DNA of 52,558 bases, filler included, from Sphacelaria rigidula (lineage: Eukaryota): assembly GCA_964200075.2 (NCBI GenBank). It is 4 parts of 4 records of this genome, joined end to end, with 100 filler letters (N's around TTAATTAATTAA, not from the genome) between each part and the next. Parts side by side here need not be neighbours in the genome. Positions count along the whole stretch, not along the records: positions 39,496 to 52,558 come from CAXNAA020003187.1; 3 more parts are not named here. One strand, given 5' to 3'. How positions within the stretch are numbered: position 1 is the first letter of the stretch; each line of letters begins with the position of its first letter. The position numbers were made by a program, and so were the translations under genes. Shown here one piece after another: positions 47,680 through 52,558 of the stretch. The notes below the pieces were generated by a model that searched no databases, was not told where the DNA came from, and worked only from the letters and a program-made list of their open reading frames with translations.

Positions 47680-48189
47680 GTATGTTAATCGACAGATCTT
47701 CCGGTTTCGTTCCAGCAATACACTCGTGGTGGCGCACGTTATGGCATGCCCTTTGCTTCGCTTCATACACCATATCTCCCCCTGTTTCCATCCCTACTTG
47801 TGCCATGTTGTCGCTATTGCCAGGTTCACCAGGTGAAGGTTGGCTTGAACGTCGCCGACTACACGCCAACCCGCTGAATGGATAATGGCCATGGGATGCA
47901 ACTACAACGACGACAACGACCAGCGCCACCACCGCTTCCGCCGCCCACCAGATGCAAGCCGGCAGCTTCCTTTTCCTTCAACCCTGGGTGAAGACCAGCC
48001 TACGGCGCGGGCTAGACATAGGGATAGAAGTTTCCGTGTGGTTGAGGCTGATAGATGCGCCTTTGTGGGAAATATCCGCTCGAGGGTGTCTTCCTTGACA
48101 TTATTGTGAGCATGCGTTTACTGTGTTCCTTGGGTTGTTGACAACGGACACGCCTACTAGGGGCGGTGACTGACTGTAACATCTCGTCG

Positions 48190-49170
48190 GGTGTCTTGTG
48201 TGGTGTCGCTCTGTACTATCCTTGCATGATGACCGATCGCTCAGGGGAAACTTCGGCTGTCGGCCTGTCCTTCCTGTCGAGATGTACATAGTCGTGTCTT
48301 GTCGTGAGATGAGTATATAAGCCTTTGCAGTATAGTCATTCGTTTTGTAGACACTGGCGGGGAAGACCTGGAAAGGCTGGTGATCGCCCTGGTGCGTATC
48401 GTTCCTCCACCCCCTATTTACTTGGTTGTATGTATGGTGTCGCCCTGTGGTTTTGCACGATGATCGATTGATCAGGAGAGACTTGAGCTGTTGGCCATTC
48501 GTCTTGTTCAGATCTGTATGGTCGTGTCTTGCCGTTGAGCAAGGTCGTACAATTGTTCGTGGACGCTGGTTAAAAATGTGGACAGGCCGGCGATCGCCAC
48601 AGTGCATCTCGTTTTCCCACCGGCTGCTGTGTTGGAATTTGTGGAATGTTGGCGCCTTCTACTATTCCTGTACGATGGCCGATCGCTCAGGGGGGCCTTC
48701 GGCTGTTGGCCAATCCCCCTTGTCGAGACGTGTATGGTCATTCGTGGACGCTGGTTGGAAATGTGGAAAGAGCGGTGATCGCCGCAGTCCATCCCGTTTT
48801 CCCACCGGCTCTTGTTTGGAATTTTGTGGAATGTTGGCGCCTTCGACTATTTCTGCACGATGGCCGGTCGCTCAGGGGGGACTTGAGCTGTTGGTCAATC
48901 CCCCTTGTCGAGACGTGTATGGTCATTCGTAGACGCTGGTTGGAAATGTGGAAGGAGCGGTGATCGCCGTAGTCCATCCCGTTTTTTCACCGACTCTTGT
49001 TTCGAAATTTGTGGAATGGTGCCCCCCTACAGCGTTACTGCACGATGGCCGGTCGCTCAGGGGGAACTTCGGCTATTGGCCAATCCCCCTTGTCGAGGCA
49101 TGTATGGTCTTTCGTGGACCCTACTTGGACACGGTTGATCGCCCTTGTGTATATCGTTTTCCCACCGTCC
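48190..49170. repeat. ~185-bp tandem repeat, about 5 units
   Basis: Anchor GATGGCCGRTCGCTCAGGGG-like motif at 48228, 48459, 48674, 48859 and 49044 (spacings 231, 215, 185, 185). Confidence 0.9.
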
Positions 49171-50189
49171 ACTGTGTCGTATTCCTGGGGGGGGGGGTCG
49201 CGTGTTTTATCTGTCCTCTACAGTCACGTCGACTGGTGAATAATCAACCTACTATTTGTGGGTGCGTCATCATATAGTATAGTACAGAAAAGGGTGCTGA
49301 CAGTCGTGTAGGGGCATGTACTAACAGAAGACCAGGAAGCAAGGAAGGGTGGGTGTTTTCAGCGTGGAAAGGAGAGGGATGCAAATAACATATTCACACA
49401 ACGTTTAACTCTTCAGTCGTGATTTATGACTCCTACAAATAAGTTCGAAAAATGACGACCACCCAGGGTCTATCCCTACGACACAATTCGGAAACGGCGA
49501 AGGCTTATTGAACAGCCACGACTGCAATGAGAAAGAGTCGTAGTGGCTGGACTTGAAGTGATTCACCGAGACTGTAGAGGCGTTTTCGCGCGTTCATGTT
49601 GTTCGGCTGCGACTACTATTGTCTACCGTGGTGTGACGTTGACGTAGCAGCATCGGTGATCAAGACTAGAGATTTCAGCCGCATACCAGTCGACTCAATT
49701 TCCGAAATCAGGGGCTGCAGGCCTATTATATTTTACTCTTTGCAAACACAGAACAGTTCGTTGATACGATTATTAGTGCTTGAAATTTTAAATATATAAT
49801 TGTACCGTCCTGTACAATGAGCTTTTGCGCCCTGGCACAGGTACACGGGGGGTACTCGCACTACAGCTCCCTATCCTTCTGCGGCATCACTGTTGCCGAG
49901 TGGAATCAAGAGACATCTCACCCAAATAATATGAAGATTCCTCCGGTTAACTTAGTTGTAAAATGGCCGAGAGTGCAATCTGTATCGGCTGAAAGAGTAT
50001 ATTTACAAAAGCAGTGATGACAAAGTTTTGCACCAAAATAATGATAAGGCTCATGGCAGCGCACGAATACAAAGTGCCGTCTATTTCCTCCCCAAGCCGT
50101 GAGATCAAGGAAACAACACACAGCGGAAAATGAACGCACAAACAAGGAATAGAATCAACAACGCAAAACGACATGATACAGTAGTCAGC

Positions 50190-51000
50190 GTCAGAAGTGT
50201 GCAGAATTCGTAATTTCTTAGTTTCCCAAAGATTTTCCAAATTTGTTTTGCTTGCCACCGCTTATCACAGTGACTCTTGGATGCCGAAAAATGGGCATCT
50301 TGAGTTACTTTGATCCTCTTGACAAATACTGAAGAAAAAAAATCTGCGATCAACATTGAGTTACTTACGGGCTTGACCGATCTTCGGGGGTCCTGCGGAA
50401 GCTTAACCCTAGGTTCTAGCTTTGCGGTATTTTCGGTGGACCGACTGGATCCCGAGCATACAAGTGAAAACTCAAAAAATATATTCATATATTTCACCTA
50501 TTCACTGCGCCAAAGCCGGGAAGCTCTGTTTCCTGGACCATTCACGGTCAATAACACCCTCCTGATAAACGGGGTATCTAGTCCGTATCGCCCCCACAAC
50601 ACCAACTTGGGCACTGTGGTTTGAGCATGGTCTGCTTATTTTGCCAAGACTATCGATGCTAGCACTTTCGAGTGCTCATGGAAAATACCATGCGAAAAAA
50701 AATCGAAAATAGGTCATCCGTAGAAAATGCTAGACTGCGGTCTATGCAGTATAGGAGGGAAACACGATCTCGATTGTTTTTGTGAAAAATTGTATACGTA
50801 TTAATCTATCTGAGTATTAACCGCTTCGTTCCGGAAGACCCGGAAAACTGTTTATACTGGACCAAAAGCGGTCAATAACACCCTCCTCCTGATAAACAGG
50901 GTATCTAGTCCGTATCGCCCCGAAAACACCAACTTGGGCACTGCCGTTTGAGCGCGGCATACGCTTTCCCCCTAAATCTACCGGCGCTAGCACTTTCAAG
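50190..51000. repeat. Dispersed repeat (same family as 20520-21020) with internal direct duplication
   Basis: 50546-50680 is repeated at 50870-51000; reverse-complement match to contig 2. Confidence 0.7.
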
Positions 51001-51100
51001 CAGTAATCAAGAATAGTACTCGAGAAAAACTCAAAAACTACAACAACTACTACGAATTCTGAAAACTTCTGATGCTGACTACTTCCCCCCCCCCCCCTCT

Positions 51101-51387
51101 CACTTTGAACCCCTCCTCTTTCTCGGAATGAGTCCGTAGTCTCAAAGGATCAACCATTCTCTCCCCCGGTATGTACCTTTCATTTTCGTCTCGCGGATTG
51201 GGTCAGCACTCCCCCACCACGTCAACTCACGTCACACAAACCCAGTCGACTACTGTGTTTACTCACGTTCTCACGCTTCCCACGGTGGAAATCATACGTT
51301 ACGAAGAAAAAGCTCAACGCATCGGGAGATGAACCCGCGTTCTCTCCACCATGATGGCGACAGTGGGACCATTACACCACCGGGGCG
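51101..51387 (-). mobile_element. tRNA-derived SINE copy
   Basis: Collinear with 8671-8960, from CACTTTGAACCCCTCC to CCATTACACCACCGGGGCG. Confidence 0.8.
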
Positions 51388-52300
51388 CGGCAGTATCTAC
51401 TATAGTTAAACAATAGATGGTGAGATTCTCATGAAAGGGCCGGATCTTTCGTGTGAACTTGGAAGTATCATCCCACTCACCGTTTGTTTGCGTTCAATTC
51501 GTGCTCGTTTAGCTACAAGTATCTTGTTGTGATGATATATATTATGTGAACGATTCGAAATGTAGAGCATAGATTACTTGTCAAGCCAGGAAATAAGCGA
51601 AATATAGAGTTCCGCCCCCCCGCCCCCACCCACCTTCAACATAACGTCAGTCAGGTAAGGGCACACCGACGTCGACGCACCCTGGTGATCGAATGGCACA
51701 ACTGACCCCAACAGGGCGGGGGAAACTCGGGTACAAACCCCGCCAGATGTGTTGGGTTTTTTCTCACTAGTATCTGATTGCCATTTCTGGAAGCGTTGAG
51801 ATGTAGGTATTGTAGTCAGTTCGGCACAGTCTATTTGATGCCAGCCGATGCGGTGCCATAGTGTGGATTCATTCCACCATACCAAAATGTAAAGCTTGTA
51901 CCGGGGGAGAGATGGGTTGACCCCTTGAGACCATGGACTCGTCCCAACCAAGGAGGTGGGCGGGTGGGGTGCACTCATGATCTTGCATGCGGTAGTATAG
52001 TCATACGACGATTGACCTCGCATCCTTGCAAAGCCGGGACAGAGCACGCCCGGTTTTCGCCGGACCAGGCTCGCAATCAATCTCCAAGCGCGAACGGCGA
52101 GTCGGATGAGGGGTGAGCTGCATCCTGCTGATATTGTTCGGCCCGAAGCGTACCGATGATTTTGCATTTGGATGAGAGCGTCCGATGAGTTGCTTCATTT
52201 TCTGGTATCTCCACTTCCAGAGACAGCCACGGCTTATGCACTGCCTCATGGGTATCTCACTGTTTATTTATACTCTGTGTCAGTCTGTCTAGGAGCCATC

Positions 52301-52558
52301 CTACGATAGGGGGGGGGTATTTTGGGCCACTTCTTACACGAAATTCCAAGTCAAATCGCCGCTGAAATCAGCAACGGTTGCTTGAACGAGCTTGTTATAG
52401 ATACATAACGCTCACTCATACCGATTGACACCGTTTTGAACCATATACAAGCGCATCGCGACTGTTGCAGGTTATGTGACACACTTATCAGCCCTTTTCC
52501 CCGTGCAATCAAACGCCCCCCCCCCCCCGAACCTCAACTCCGCACAATGGGGATGATC
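52301..52558. mobile_element. Element beginning CTACGATAGGGGGGGGG (probably the opposite end of the contig-end family); right boundary unknown
   Basis: Same terminal ~16 bp as 39314 but different internal sequence. Confidence 0.5.

Noticed and set aside
48426..49277. Repeat-protein ORFs in the tandem array
   Set aside because: The 185-bp period shifts frame in each unit and no splice-supported exon structure is evident.

Overview
This is eukaryotic, intron-rich DNA with dense transposon debris. The exon style and repeat families suggest a brown alga (Phaeophyceae), which is an inference. It is not one locus: four contigs of 13,066, 13,065, 13,064 and 13,063 bp are joined by identical artificial spacers (N44-TTAATTAATTAA-N44). 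Most ORF-track entries are spurious, and the real genes appear only after manual splicing. Contig 1 (1-13066) holds the 5' five exons of a signal-peptide-bearing animal-type (peroxidase-cyclooxygenase superfamily) heme peroxidase whose distal His is replaced by Met. Contig 2 (13167-26231) holds a PH domain split over two exons 6.2 kb apart, candidate C2-like exons upstream, an RTE-type LINE relic and a pile-up of TTAA-inserting piggyBac-type MITEs. Contig 3 (26332-39395) holds the 3' end of a GT2 glycosyltransferase resembling TIGR04283, with two intact, diverged, splice-compatible last exons 6 kb apart. Contig 4 (39496-52558) holds an orphan multi-exon gene with a TM helix and KH-like segments; one of its introns carries diverged copies of the preceding exon end in alternating orientation, and a ~185-bp tandem array follows the gene. 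Several MITEs with readable TIRs/TSDs and tRNA-derived SINEs are also present. No rRNA, true tRNA, CRISPR array or prokaryotic operon was seen. All gene models are manual and lack transcript support.
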